Shown: positions 48,125 through 58,951 of the stretch, piece after piece
Layout: each line of letters opens with the position of its first letter
Numbering within the stretch: the stretch's first letter is position 1
NCBI GenBank assembly: GCA_009884515.1
Contig: RHHX01000001.1
Coordinates: 254,956 to 318,955, forward strand
DNA: 64,000 bases
Direction of reading: 5' to 3'
From: Candidatus Mycoplasma liparidae
Lineage (GTDB): Bacteria > Bacillota_I > Bacilli_A > Mycoplasmatales > Mycoplasmoidaceae
The notes under the pieces: generated by a model
The model's input: only the letters and a program-made list of their open reading frames with translations
Database searches by the model: none
What the model was told of the DNA's origin: nothing
Translations under genes and position numbers: made by a program

Positions 48125-49172
48125 ATGAAATTCGATTCCTATTTAAAAGAAAATTTATTGAAAAATGAAAATGAAGTTTTAGAAAAATCTTCATCGTATT
48201 TTCAAGGTAATTTTTCAAAGTGAAATATTAGTAGATGCAGAATAGATGTTTCCTTCTGACCTATAGTTTTAGCTGAAATTTTAACTAAAAAAAATTTTAA
48301 AACAGAAAACCAAATAGGAGAGTTTTATTTAGCTAAAACTAGAGAAATAGAAAACAAAAATAGGAATTATAAAAATTCTAATCGTATGGATTCTAGTGCT
48401 CTAAAAGCTTGATTTAAAATTACAACACCCAATAAAGAAGATCTTGATTATTTAGGTGAAAAGAATTTTGACGATATTATTTATACTCTTACAGAATACA
48501 TTGATACAGTTATAAAAAAATAAGATTGAAAATAAAAAAGTAGATTCTTGGAATGAGTATATATCCCAATACAGAGAAATAAATTATTTGCTAGCAAATA
48601 GAAGTGATTTTGAATTTGCTGAAAAAATGAGTCAAGTTATTTCAAAAAATACAAAACCGATATCTTGAAAAATAATTGATAATAAAACAAAATTTAAACC
48701 AGTTTCTATTTTAGAATCTAAAATAAATTCACTTAACTTTACTGAAAATAAAGAATCTGATTTAGAAATTATTGGTTATCATGGAGAAGAAATAGCTTTT
48801 TCTTTTTTGAAAGAAAAATATGGCTCTGAAAATGTTAGATGAATATCAAAAGAAAAAAAGTATAGTGATCATGATTTTGAAGTTATGGATCATCAATATA
48901 AAAAATTTATAGAAGTTAAATCATCAAAAACAAAAGAAATGAACAGATTCTTTTTATCAAGAAATGAATTAAATTTTTATGAAAAAAATAAAGAAAATTA
49001 TTGCCTTTTATTTATTTGAAATATTTATGAAAATAGAAAAGAGAATTTAGTTCCTATTTATTTTTTGGAAAAACCAAATATTAAGATTTCAATGGAAAAA
49101 ATAGGACTAAATAACAAATCAAACACTTTCTATATAACTCCATACAACTTTATTAGTCATTTACTTAAATAA
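48125..49172 (+). pseudogene. DUF3883-like (PD-(D/E)XK-fold) protein gene split by a frameshift in an A7 tract
   Basis: ORF1 48125-48523 ends in ...ata aaa aaa taa. ORF2 is open from 48516 to 49172 in the +1 frame. Deleting one A (48514-48520) would fuse them. ORF2 carries IIGYHGEEIAFSFL, YSDHDFEV, FIEVKSSKT and FFLSRNEL. Confidence 0.6.
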
Positions 49173-49230
49173 AATTATAAAATAGACAAAATTAAATTTT
49201 TGAATATTTTGCGACACTTTAATTTTTATT

Positions 49231-50115
49231 CTAGAAATCAGAAGATGAAGTTCTATAAACACCGTCTAGTGTTTTATCATCCTTATTTTTATAATCTTTT
49301 CATCCATCAGCTGTTGTTTTTCAATTAACTAGTTTTGAAGCAGTTGTTGGATAATCAATAATAATATTTTCTAAAGTTTCTCAATAACCATCTTCACGTT
49401 TAGAAATTTTTTGTAATTTTGCGAATTCTTTTATCCTCTTTTCATTTATTTTTTGAGATTTTTGATCAATACCTTTCCTATTTGATATTAATTCAAAACT
49501 TGGAAAAAAGAGAACCTTTAAGTAAAATAAAAATACCTTGTTGATAAATTAAATTAGTACCTTCATAAGAGAAAACATTATCATCATTTTTAATAGCTTG
49601 CTTTGAAAACAATATAATATTTTTATATTTTAGGAAAATTAAAATTTTATCAATAATTTTAATAATTTCATCGTTTGTATAATCATCAATATAGGGTTCT
49701 TTACTTCACTTATCTTTATTTGTTAAAGAATAAAGTAGAACACTATTATCATCTATAAATAAGTTTATAAAATATCATTCTAAATAATCTATTTTTGTTG
49801 AATCTAATTTATTTGTATTAACAAAATATATTATTCTATTAAATTCCTTTTTTTATCTATATTATGGTTATTACATCTTTGAAAAAGATGTGTACTTTTT
49901 CCAATATATATATCTTTAATTTCATCATTTATTAAAAAGTAGATTCCAGCATTGTTTAATAGGTCAATTTGATTAATTTCTAATGAATTGAATGAATTGT
50001 TTATTATATTTCTTGGCAAATCTACTAAAAATAAACTTTCAAATTCATCAACCTTTAATCCCTGTTTATCATTTTCTTCATAAAAAATTGTTTTTATTCA
50101 ATGTTGTTTTTCCAT
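49231..50115 (-). pseudogene. GIY-YIG nuclease gene broken into several frames
   Basis: The N-terminal ORF 49831-50115 (94 aa) carries GIYFLINDEIKDIYIGKSTHLFQRCNNH and ends at TAA. Downstream sense-strand pieces in other frames end in ...ASKLVNWKTTADGWKDYKNKDDKTLDGVY. Confidence 0.6.
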
Positions 50116-50206
50116 ACATATCCTTTTTTAAATAAATGAATTTTAAGAGATGAATGTTGTAAACTGTTTATATTTATGTTTACTTATATTCTTTTTGGTA
50201 ATAAAA

Positions 50207-50551
50207 TTACTGCTCATCATATGCTCAATGTCATTCTTCATCAATCTTTATTTTCATTCTTCCAATGTATGAACCTTCACGTTTATGAATTTTTTTTATA
50301 GCAAATGTAATAGAATTAACATTACCATTTAATTTGTTTCCTTTTTCTTGATTTGAAACAAAAGATAAGACTTGGTAATTATTTAAATGACTGATACCTT
50401 TTAAAGCCGAAGGTCAAATATGATCAATATTTCAAGACCCTTTTGAATCACCTTTTTGATAGTTATCATAATGAACAACTCGACCAAACGGATCTATACC
50501 ATTTTTTTTCTTACCAAAATTTTTATTTCAGACATAATCTTTTGTATCCAT
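50207..50551 (-). CDS. Small stand-alone HNH endonuclease (114 aa)
   Basis: The frame was checked as open with 5 TGA codons. It reads SWNIDHIWPSALKGISHLNNYQVLSFVSNQEKGNK. Confidence 0.65.
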
Positions 50552-50629
50552 ATAAAATATTATATATAAATATTCTTTAAAAAAATTATATAGTAATGTT
50601 GCAAAAATTGAGGCATGCTCTTAATTTTA

Positions 50630-50637
50630 CCCCCCCC
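50630..50637. repeat. Homopolymeric C8 (G8 on the minus strand), about 80 nt upstream of the HNH gene start
   Basis: This is a direct count. It is the second longest G/C run in the window. Confidence 0.9.
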
Positions 50638-50714
50638 TTTGTTAAAAAAAGTTTTTTTATTATAAAAATGAAAAAGATTGTTAATGATTTTCGCTTCTAT
50701 AATATTTTAAATTA

Positions 50715-51150
50715 TATGTAGTTATTTAAAAACCTCTTTTGATCTAATATTTTTTTTGAAAAAAATGTATAACATTAAAAAACTAAAATAAAAGATCATA
50801 TTCTAAAATTATTTGAATATAAACTCACCTTCTTTAAATTTTAACTTTGATATTCATTTTATTAATTTCGCCCCACTTTTATTCTAAGAGAATACCGATT
50901 AAATAATAATCCTTCATTATTTTGCCGCTTACCTTTTTATTAATAACAAACATTAGCAATTATTCTTTCTCTTGAAAAACTCTATAATTTAATTAGCAAA
51001 TAAATAATTGATTTTCTGAAAAATGCACAACCTTAATATGATATGATCGTTGATTATATTTATTTCTTTTATCAAGAGCAAATACACTGATATTTTCATA
51101 ATACCAGGAATAATTATTCTATTTATATCTATTTTATGTAGTATATAAAA
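50715..51150 (+). pseudogene. Degraded paralog of lspA
   Basis: It is collinear with 57397-57850 (tttaaaaac.ctcttttgatctaatattttttttgaaaaaaa) and is riddled with stops. A remnant reads EKLYNLISK...YDMIVDYI versus GGLYNLIDKW...YDAVVDYI. Confidence 0.7.
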
Positions 51151-51343
51151 CCAATGTAAATATTAATGTTTACGAAAGGGACATTAATGTTAAAAATCCA
51201 GTTTATGAAATTATTGAAAATTTAGTTTTTAAAATATAAAATAATCTAAAAACTTAGATATAAAACATTTATTATTTAATATATTAATAGATATCATCAA
51301 AAACAAAATTAATATAGTTAAATTTTTAGGAAAAGAGTAATAA

Positions 51344-53946
51344 ATGAAAAAGAGTTTTTTATCAATATTATTTACATTAGGAAGTATAGTTACTCCGATT
51401 CTATTAACCGGTACTTTATCAAATAATTTTAATGTAGTTTTAAATCAAGATACTTTATTAAATACAAATAAAAACCAGAATATTAATCAAAGTTCAATTT
51501 TTACTAAAGAAATGGCTGATACACTTGTTGCTCAAAAAGAAAATGATTTTGGTTTAAATTGAGAAGGTAATTTAAATTCTGATGATTTTGATGAAATAAC
51601 TTCAATAGCTCCTAATGCTTTTAGATTTAATACTAAAATAATTAGTGTTAGATTACCATATTCAGTTAAAATAATTGGAACTAATGCCTTTGCTAGCGCT
51701 ACTAATTTAACTTATATTCAAGCTCTTGGTGCAATAGATATTGGTGATAATGCTTTTCCTTGAATGAATCTTGAAGAATCCATTCCTAAATATAAAGTTT
51801 TGCTTACTTTTAGTAATGAATTAGTTCCAACAAATATTGATACAAATACTAAATTAATAGCATTACTTAGTCAATGAGGAATTGAAAATTATTCCTTTGT
51901 TAAATTTCATCAACCTAAAATAAATGTTGAAAAAATTGTTGATAATAATTTTATTAAAAATTTAATTAGATATAAAAAGCTAGATCTTGATATATCACCT
52001 TGGAATGGCACTTTATTTGAAAGTGATTTTTACAATGCAATAAGTATTGCACCCGCTGTTTTTAAGGATAATACCGAAATAATTAGTGTTAGATTACCAG
52101 ATTCAATTAAAATAATTGGAGCTGATGCCTTTAGTGGATGTACTAATTTAACTCATATTTGAGCATTTGGTGCAAGAAGTATTAGAACTAATGCTTTTTT
52201 AATACACCAGCAATAAATGGAAAAGGAACTAATAAAATTATTTTATCAATAACAGATACAATAACAGATGAACAATTACCAATATTAATGAAAAATTGAG
52301 GATTAACTACAAATCAAATAAATGCTAATGTTGTTAGTTTGTTTGAACCTCCATTAGCTCCAACAATTGCTGCTGATCAAGTTATTAGTTCTTTATTTGT
52401 TAGTAAATTAATTAATTTTAAAGAAATAACATCATCAACTACTTGAGATGGAATTTTAACTGCTAATGATTTTGAAAATGCAAGAACTATTGAACCAGGT
52501 GCTTTTTTTGATCAAAAATCTATTATTTCAATTGCTTTGCCAACAACAGTTATTACGATTGGAGATAATGCTTTTAGTGGAGTTAGTAATTTAACTGCTG
52601 TTTCAGCATTTGGTGCAACAACTATTAAACCTGATGCTTTTTTAAATACTAATTTAGAAGTTAAAAGCCTAAATTTAACTTATTCAAATGAATTATTTGA
52701 TTCTTGAAAAACATGAGGAATGAATCCTGATCCTACTAATTGAAAAAAAATAAAATGAATCAATCCCCCTACAATTAAACCATCAGTAACTAGTAAAATA
52801 ATAACAAGTGATTTTTTAATTAACCTAGTTAGATATAAAGAATTTTATAGTAATGGTAATGGTTGGAATGGCATTATTAATAGTAGTGATTTAATAAATG
52901 CAACAAGTATATCTACTGCAGCATTTGATATAACTGGAGCACCTAATAATGCTTTAAAAAATAAAATTTTAGAAGTTAATCTACCTGATACTTTTGTTAG
53001 TTTAGAACCTAATGCTTTTTCTGGAACTCTTAGATTAAAAAAATTAACAGCTTTATCAGTTCATACAATTGATAATAATGCTTTTGCTTCAGCTCTTGGT
53101 TTAATTGAAGCTGGAGGAGAAATTAATTTGACTTTTTCTTTAAAGAAAATAGTTGATTTAAATATAACTGGTTTAATTAATGATAAAATAGTAACAAACA
53201 ATACTACTTTGAATAGATTAATTGCAAGTTGAGGTGTTATTCCCCAAAATGTAACAAATACTAAATTTAGTTTATTACCAACTAATGGAATTGTCGATAG
53301 CACTTTTGTTAATTTATTAATTTTTAAAAAGAGTATTGAAACTGCTTTTTGAGATAATACTTTAGTTACTACTGATTTTATTGGTGCAACTACTATTGCT
53401 GATAATGCTTTTACAGTTATTCCTTATCTACTTAATTCAAAAACAGTTACCATAATAACTTCAATTAGTTTACCAACAACAGTTAAAACAATTGGCGATA
53501 ATGCTTTTAGTGGAGCTAGCGCTTTAACTACTTTAACTGCTTATGGCATAACGAGTATTGGAACTAATGCTTTTAAAGGTTTATTAAATATCAGAGATGA
53601 TGGTATTAAATTAACATCAAGTGCAAACATATCAATTGATAAAGCTGAAAGTTGAGGGACTACTGCTAATAAATTAGATATTTTTAATATTCCTCCAGTT
53701 ACAACAGAAGATATTGATCAAAATAATTTAATCATTATTATAGCACTTAGTAGCGTTGCTGTTTTATTAATAGGATTAGCTATTACAGGGTTTATTTATT
53801 ATCATAGAAAATTAAATAGTAATGGTATTTCAGATAATCCATCTGGAATAAAAAATAAATCTAGAGATTTAAAAGAAAATAAAACTACAAAACCAAAGGA
53901 TGATGAAGCATCTAAACCTAATAATAAAAAAGAATCACCACTTTAA
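51344..53946 (+). pseudogene. BspA-like LRR surface protein gene (N-terminal signal/TM and C-terminal TM anchor) with a single frameshift in a T tract
   Basis: Frame 2 is open from 51344 to TAA 52214. Frame 1 is then open from 52201 to TAA 53944-53946; both were checked. The junction is gct-tttttt-aat (T6 at 52195-52200), and one extra T restores a single ~866-aa ORF. Confidence 0.8.
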
Positions 53947-53989
53947 TAATTAAAATATATAAATAAAAAACTATAAGAAAGACTAATAA

Positions 53990-55069
53990 ATGAAAAAAAT
54001 ATCAAAAACACTCACTTTATCAACATTATTTATATTAAGCAGCATAACTGCTTCCATTTTATTATTCATTACTTTATCAAGTAATTTTTATTTAACTTCA
54101 AATAAAAACACTTCATTAAATACAAGTCAAAAAAATAATCATAATCTAAGAACTAATTTTACTAAGGAAATGGCTGATGCAATTATTATTCAAAAAGAAT
54201 TAGATATGAACTGAGATGGTAGTTTAGTTGAAGCTGATTTTATAAATGTAACTAGTATTGCTGCTAGTGCTTTTGAAAGTAATACTAAGATCACTTCAAT
54301 TAGTTTACCAACAACAGTTAAAACAATTGGAACTAATGCTTTTGCTAATGCTACTAATTTAATTACAATAACAACTTATGGAGCAACAATTATTTGACGA
54401 GATGCTTTTAATAATCTTAATAATCTCAATACCTTAAACTTAACTTATTCCGCTCCTCTATTTGATTCTTGAAAAACATGAACAAGTATTGGTGATTATC
54501 CTACTAATTGAAAAAAAATAAAATGAATTAATCCGCCCACTAAACCAGTATCTAATCTAACAATAACTAGTGATTTTATATTTGACTTAATTAGATATAA
54601 AGAATTTAATAATAGTAATGTTTGGAATGGTGTTTTAGTTGAGGCTGATTTTATAAATACAACTAGTGTTGCTAATGGCGCTTTTTGAAATAATATTAAA
54701 ATTACTTCAATTACTTTACCAGATACAGTTATTAGTATTGGAACCAATGCTTTTAATGGAGCTATAAATTTAAATACTGTTTCAGCACTTGGTGCAACAA
54801 ATATTGGAACCAATGCTTTTGCTAAAACAATATCTTTAATTCCTAAAGGAATTAAATTAACATCAAGTGTTAATATATCTCCTAATAATGCTAAAAGTTG
54901 AGGAATTCATTTTGATAAATTAGATATCCAAATGAATACTCTTTTACCAGTAGTTAATGATGAGCAAATTGATTTAATTATTATCATATCAATTTCTATT
55001 GTTGTTGCTTTACTACTTGTGTTGAATATTGGCGGATTTATTTATTATCGTAAAAATATATCTAAATAA
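53990..55069 (+). CDS. BspA-like LRR surface protein, shorter paralog (359 aa) with a C-terminal TM anchor
   Basis: It shares modules with the preceding gene, for example LNLTYS..LFDSWKTW...PTNWKKIKWINPP and DFI..L.RYKEF. I did not re-verify the whole frame codon by codon. Confidence 0.75.
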
Positions 55070-55230
55070 CAAAATTCAGATATATATATATAATAATCAA
55101 TCACTGTAAATATTTATAAAAAAATATTTTATCAATCAACTATATCATATAAAGTAATAAAGTTATTATTGAAAATGAAAATTTAATTGATTTTATAAAC
55201 GAGGTTTCTTTAGAAATAAAATTTTTAATA

Positions 55231-56316
55231 ATGAAGAAAAATAAAAGTGATGAAATTATTTCTGAATTAGTTGTGCATAATATTTTATATATCGCACTGT
55301 TTATAAAAATTTTTAAAAGTATTCTAAGTAAATCTGCGGATTTAATATTTGTTGATCTGCCATATAATATGACATTAGATAAAATATTAAAAAGACCAAA
55401 CGGCGATGTTTTTAGTGGAATGAATGATGAATGAGATAAATATGAGTCATTAGAATCTTATGATAAAGAATGCTCAATTTGATTAAAAGAATCACTAAGA
55501 ATATTAAAAGATAATGGGAGTTTATGAGTAATAGGTTCGTTTCAAAATATTCATAGATTAGGTTATTTACTTCAGGATTTAGGATGTTGAATTATTAATG
55601 AAATAGTTTAAGAAAAAAGTAACCCTGTTCCTAATTTTGCTGGGACAAGATTTACTAATAGTCAAGAAACATTATTGTGAGTTGTTAAAAATAAGAAAAG
55701 TAAATTTACATTCATTTATAAAACTATAAAACATATTAATGGTGGAAAACAAATGAAATCTATTTGAAGATTTTCTATCGCTGCAGGTAATGAGAGATTA
55801 AAAGATGAAAACGGTATAAAAATTCATTCAAGCACTATTAGAAGGAATAATATTAGCAAGCACAAAGCTACAATGATATAGTTTTAGACTCTTTTAGTGG
55901 AACAGGAACAACTTGCTCACGCTTCTAAATTATGAGGCAGAAGATTTATTGGAATTGAAAAAGATCAAAAATATTTTGAAAGTTCATTAAAAAGGGTGAA
56001 TTCAGTAAAAGAAAACATAGAAAATGACTGTTTAAAATTTGCTGTTTTAGATAAAAACCCCGAACCTGTTTCATTTAAGGATTTGATGAAAAACGGAATT
56101 CTAAAAGAAAATGAACAAATAATAATTAAAGATGAAATTTATAGTTTTAATAATGATGCAACCATAACTTATAATCAAGCTAATCTCTCACTAAATCAAT
56201 TATGTAAAATAATTTTTAAAAAATCAACAAACGCTTGAACAAATATAAACTTGCTTAATGGTGAAAATATAGATTCTTTGAGAGGGAAATATAGAGATAA
56301 AGTTTTATCTTTATAA
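55231..56316 (+). pseudogene. Dead CcrM/M.HinfI-like (beta-class, N6-adenine) DNA methyltransferase gene
   Basis: Motif IV is ADLIFVDLPYNM, followed by NGSLWVIGSFQNIHRLG. TAA at 55609-55611 replaces the conserved Trp in NEIV-stop-EKSNPVPNF. The region downstream of IKIHS, where this family carries its conserved motif, is scrambled by several frameshifts. The C-terminal part GRRFIGIEKDQKYF survives. Confidence 0.75.
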
Positions 56317-56361
56317 AAGTCTTATATTAAAAAAATATAATCAATCGAGAAAGGAATATAT

Positions 56362-57325
56362 ATGTTTGTAAGAAAAACTTATAAGTCAAGAAGAATTTAA
56401 TGAATTATTCAATAGAAAGATTTTCGATTCCTCAATCCAAAAGCTTTTAAATGCTATTGTTGAATATCCCGATAAGATATGTTGGTATTTTTAAGGCAAC
56501 AAAACTACAAAAATAAACTTTATCAAAATTTATCACAATCATTAGAAATTAAGTTTGGTAATGCAACAGAAGATATTATTGAAATTTTTTTGAAAAATCA
56601 GGTTATAAAATTCATAATAAAAAAATAGAAATATTAGTTTCTGATAGCAAAAATATTAAATTAAATTTTGATCAGTTATTTGAAGATGAAGAAAACTCAA
56701 TAATTTATATAATAGAACAAAAGATAAGAGATAATCATGATAGCATGAAGAAAAAAGGACAATTTTTAAATTTTGAAAAAAAGTATGAAATAATTTCAAA
56801 AAAATATCAACCACAAGGAAAAAATAATTTCAATCTTATGATTTATCGATGATTCTTTTTGGGGACAATAGAAATAAATAAGTTAAATGAAAATTTACCT
56901 AAAAGTTCCGAAGATAAATTTTATTTATTATATGGAAAAGATATTTTTGAAAAAATAAATTTTAAAGTTAATTTTTTGGAATGAATATGTTAATTTATTA
57001 GAAATATCAAAAGAAACAATTCCGGAAATATCTAAATTAAATTTAGATGAAAAACCCAATAGCAACGCTAAAAGAATTAAACAAAATTAAGTTAACCAAT
57101 ATAAATAAAATTTTTTCAAATAAAGAATTAACAAAAACTATTATTCCAATTTTGTTTCCAACAGGAGAAACTTTAAAATTGTATAGTGAACAAGATGAAT
57201 TGTTGAATAACAAAAAATACAATAAAACTAGACAAATAATAGATAGTTATTTAAAAAAAATTGATGAAAAATATAAATCTAACAAAATAAATCCAAATTT
57301 CTCTAAAAAAGTACTTTATAAGTAA
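56362..57325 (+). pseudogene. Heavily degraded gene next to the dead methyltransferase; probable cognate restriction endonuclease remnant
   Basis: There are many stops and frame changes. Surviving pieces include FNRKIFDSSIQKLLNAIVEYPD and IIYIIEQKIRDNHDSMKKKGQF (E-x-K-like). Confidence 0.4.
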
Positions 57326-57396
57326 ATAATTTAGTGCATAATATTTTTTATTTCATTCAAATTCTAAAAATAGAGTGTTATAGTAAAATTAATTAT

Positions 57397-58020
57397 ATGG
57401 AATTTTTAAAAACACTCTTTTGATCTAATATTTTTTTTGAAAAAAAAATAAATAACATTAAAAAAACTAAAATCAAAGATTATCTTCTAAAATTATTTGC
57501 ATATAAACTTATTTTTTTAAAATTTTTAACTTTCATATTCATTTTATTAATCTCAGCTCCATTAACTTTTATATTAAGAGATTATTGATTAAATAATTAC
57601 GCACCGGGTATTGTTGTTTTTAATAAAGGAATGGGTTTAAGTTTTGGTAATGATTGAGATCAAGGAATTATCTATCTTTTTAAAATAATACCAATTATTA
57701 TTTTGCTATTTACTTTGCTATTAACAACAAATATGTTAATAGCAACATCAGCAATTATTATTTTTCTTGGAGGTCTTTATAATTTAATTGACAAATGATT
57801 AGTTGATTATCCAAACAGTGGCGAACCTCAATATGATGCTGTTGTAGATTATATTCATATATGAAATTCAGTAGCTAATGTACCTGATGTTTTCGTAACA
57901 ATTGGAACAGCACTTCTATTAGCATCACTTATTTATGTAATTTATAAAATGAATGAAAATGATGATACTGAAGATGATATTGATCTTGAAAATATCAATA
58001 ATGAAGTTATTAAAAATTAA
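57397..58020 (+). CDS. lspA: Lipoprotein signal peptidase II
   Basis: The frame is open with 6 TGA codons (207 aa). It reads FLGGLYNLIDKW...DAVVDYIHIWNSVANVPDVFVTIG. Confidence 0.75.
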
Positions 58021-58092
58021 ATTTTTACTTCATAAATTATATTTATTTTTAATGTTAAAATGAATATAAAAGTTTTTTTATATGCAGTTAAT

Positions 58093-58762
58093 ATGCAAAT
58101 ATTAGTTGTCGGTGGAGCTGGTTCTATTGTTATTGAAGAATTAATTAAAAATAAAAACATTAATAAAATAATTATTTTTGATGATCTTTCAAATAGGTTT
58201 TAAAGAACTGATTCCCAATAATATTCATTTTATATTAGATTCAATTCTTGATAAAAATACTTTAGATAAAGTATTTAATGAAAATAAAATTGATTTAGTT
58301 ATTCATTTAGCAGCTAAAACAAGTGCCGCTGAATCAATTTTAAAACCTAGTAAATATTGAGAAACTAATTTATCAGGCAATAGTAATTTATTAATAGCTA
58401 TGAAAAATAATAATCTTAAAAAAATTATTTTTCATCAACTGCAGTCGTTTATGGTGAAGTATCATCATCAACAATTAATGAAACTGATGATAACATTCCA
58501 GTTAATCCATATGGAAGTTCTAAATTAGATTGTGAAAAGGTAATTTGTGAAGAAAACCATATCAATAATATTGAATATGTTGTTTTCAGATATTTTAATG
58601 TTGCTGGAGCAACTAAAACAATCGGCTTAAGACCTTAATAACTGACTTTATTAATTCCTAATATTAATAAAGTCAGTTATTGAAGAAGCTATTATTCCGA
58701 ATAATTTAAAGGAATTTAGAAAAGGTTTTAATAATATTTGAAATTTAATAACTTGATATTAA
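58093..58762 (+). pseudogene. UDP-glucose 4-epimerase (galE-like) remnant
   Basis: It begins MQILVVGGAGS, then TAA after 36 codons. Later pieces, in other frames, are LVIHLAAKTSAAES, STAAVYG (the leading residues lost to a frame break), NPYGSSKL and FRYFNVAGA. There is an internal deletion. Confidence 0.7.
58637..58681. repeat. Perfect 19-bp inverted repeat with a 7-nt loop at the galE deletion point
   Basis: The arms are aataactgactttattaat and attaataaagtcagttatt. No flanking T run follows. Confidence 0.85.
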
Positions 58763-58951
58763 AAACATAATATCTTTTAATTAAAACTTAATGTTTTAGA
58801 AATAAAAAAGCTATTATAGGATTTAGTGACTTTTAAAATTAGCTATTTTAAGTTAGACAAAAAATACAAAAAAAAAGAAGAAGAAGTATAATTAAGTAAT
58901 ATTATTTATGCATAGAAAAGTTTCAAGAATATCGAAATTAAGGAGAAGAAA

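Noticed and set aside
53061-54813. Track ORFs 53061-53303 (-) and 54496-54813 (-)
   Set aside because: They are antisense to the two BspA-like genes, whose sense frames are long and show the repeat architecture.
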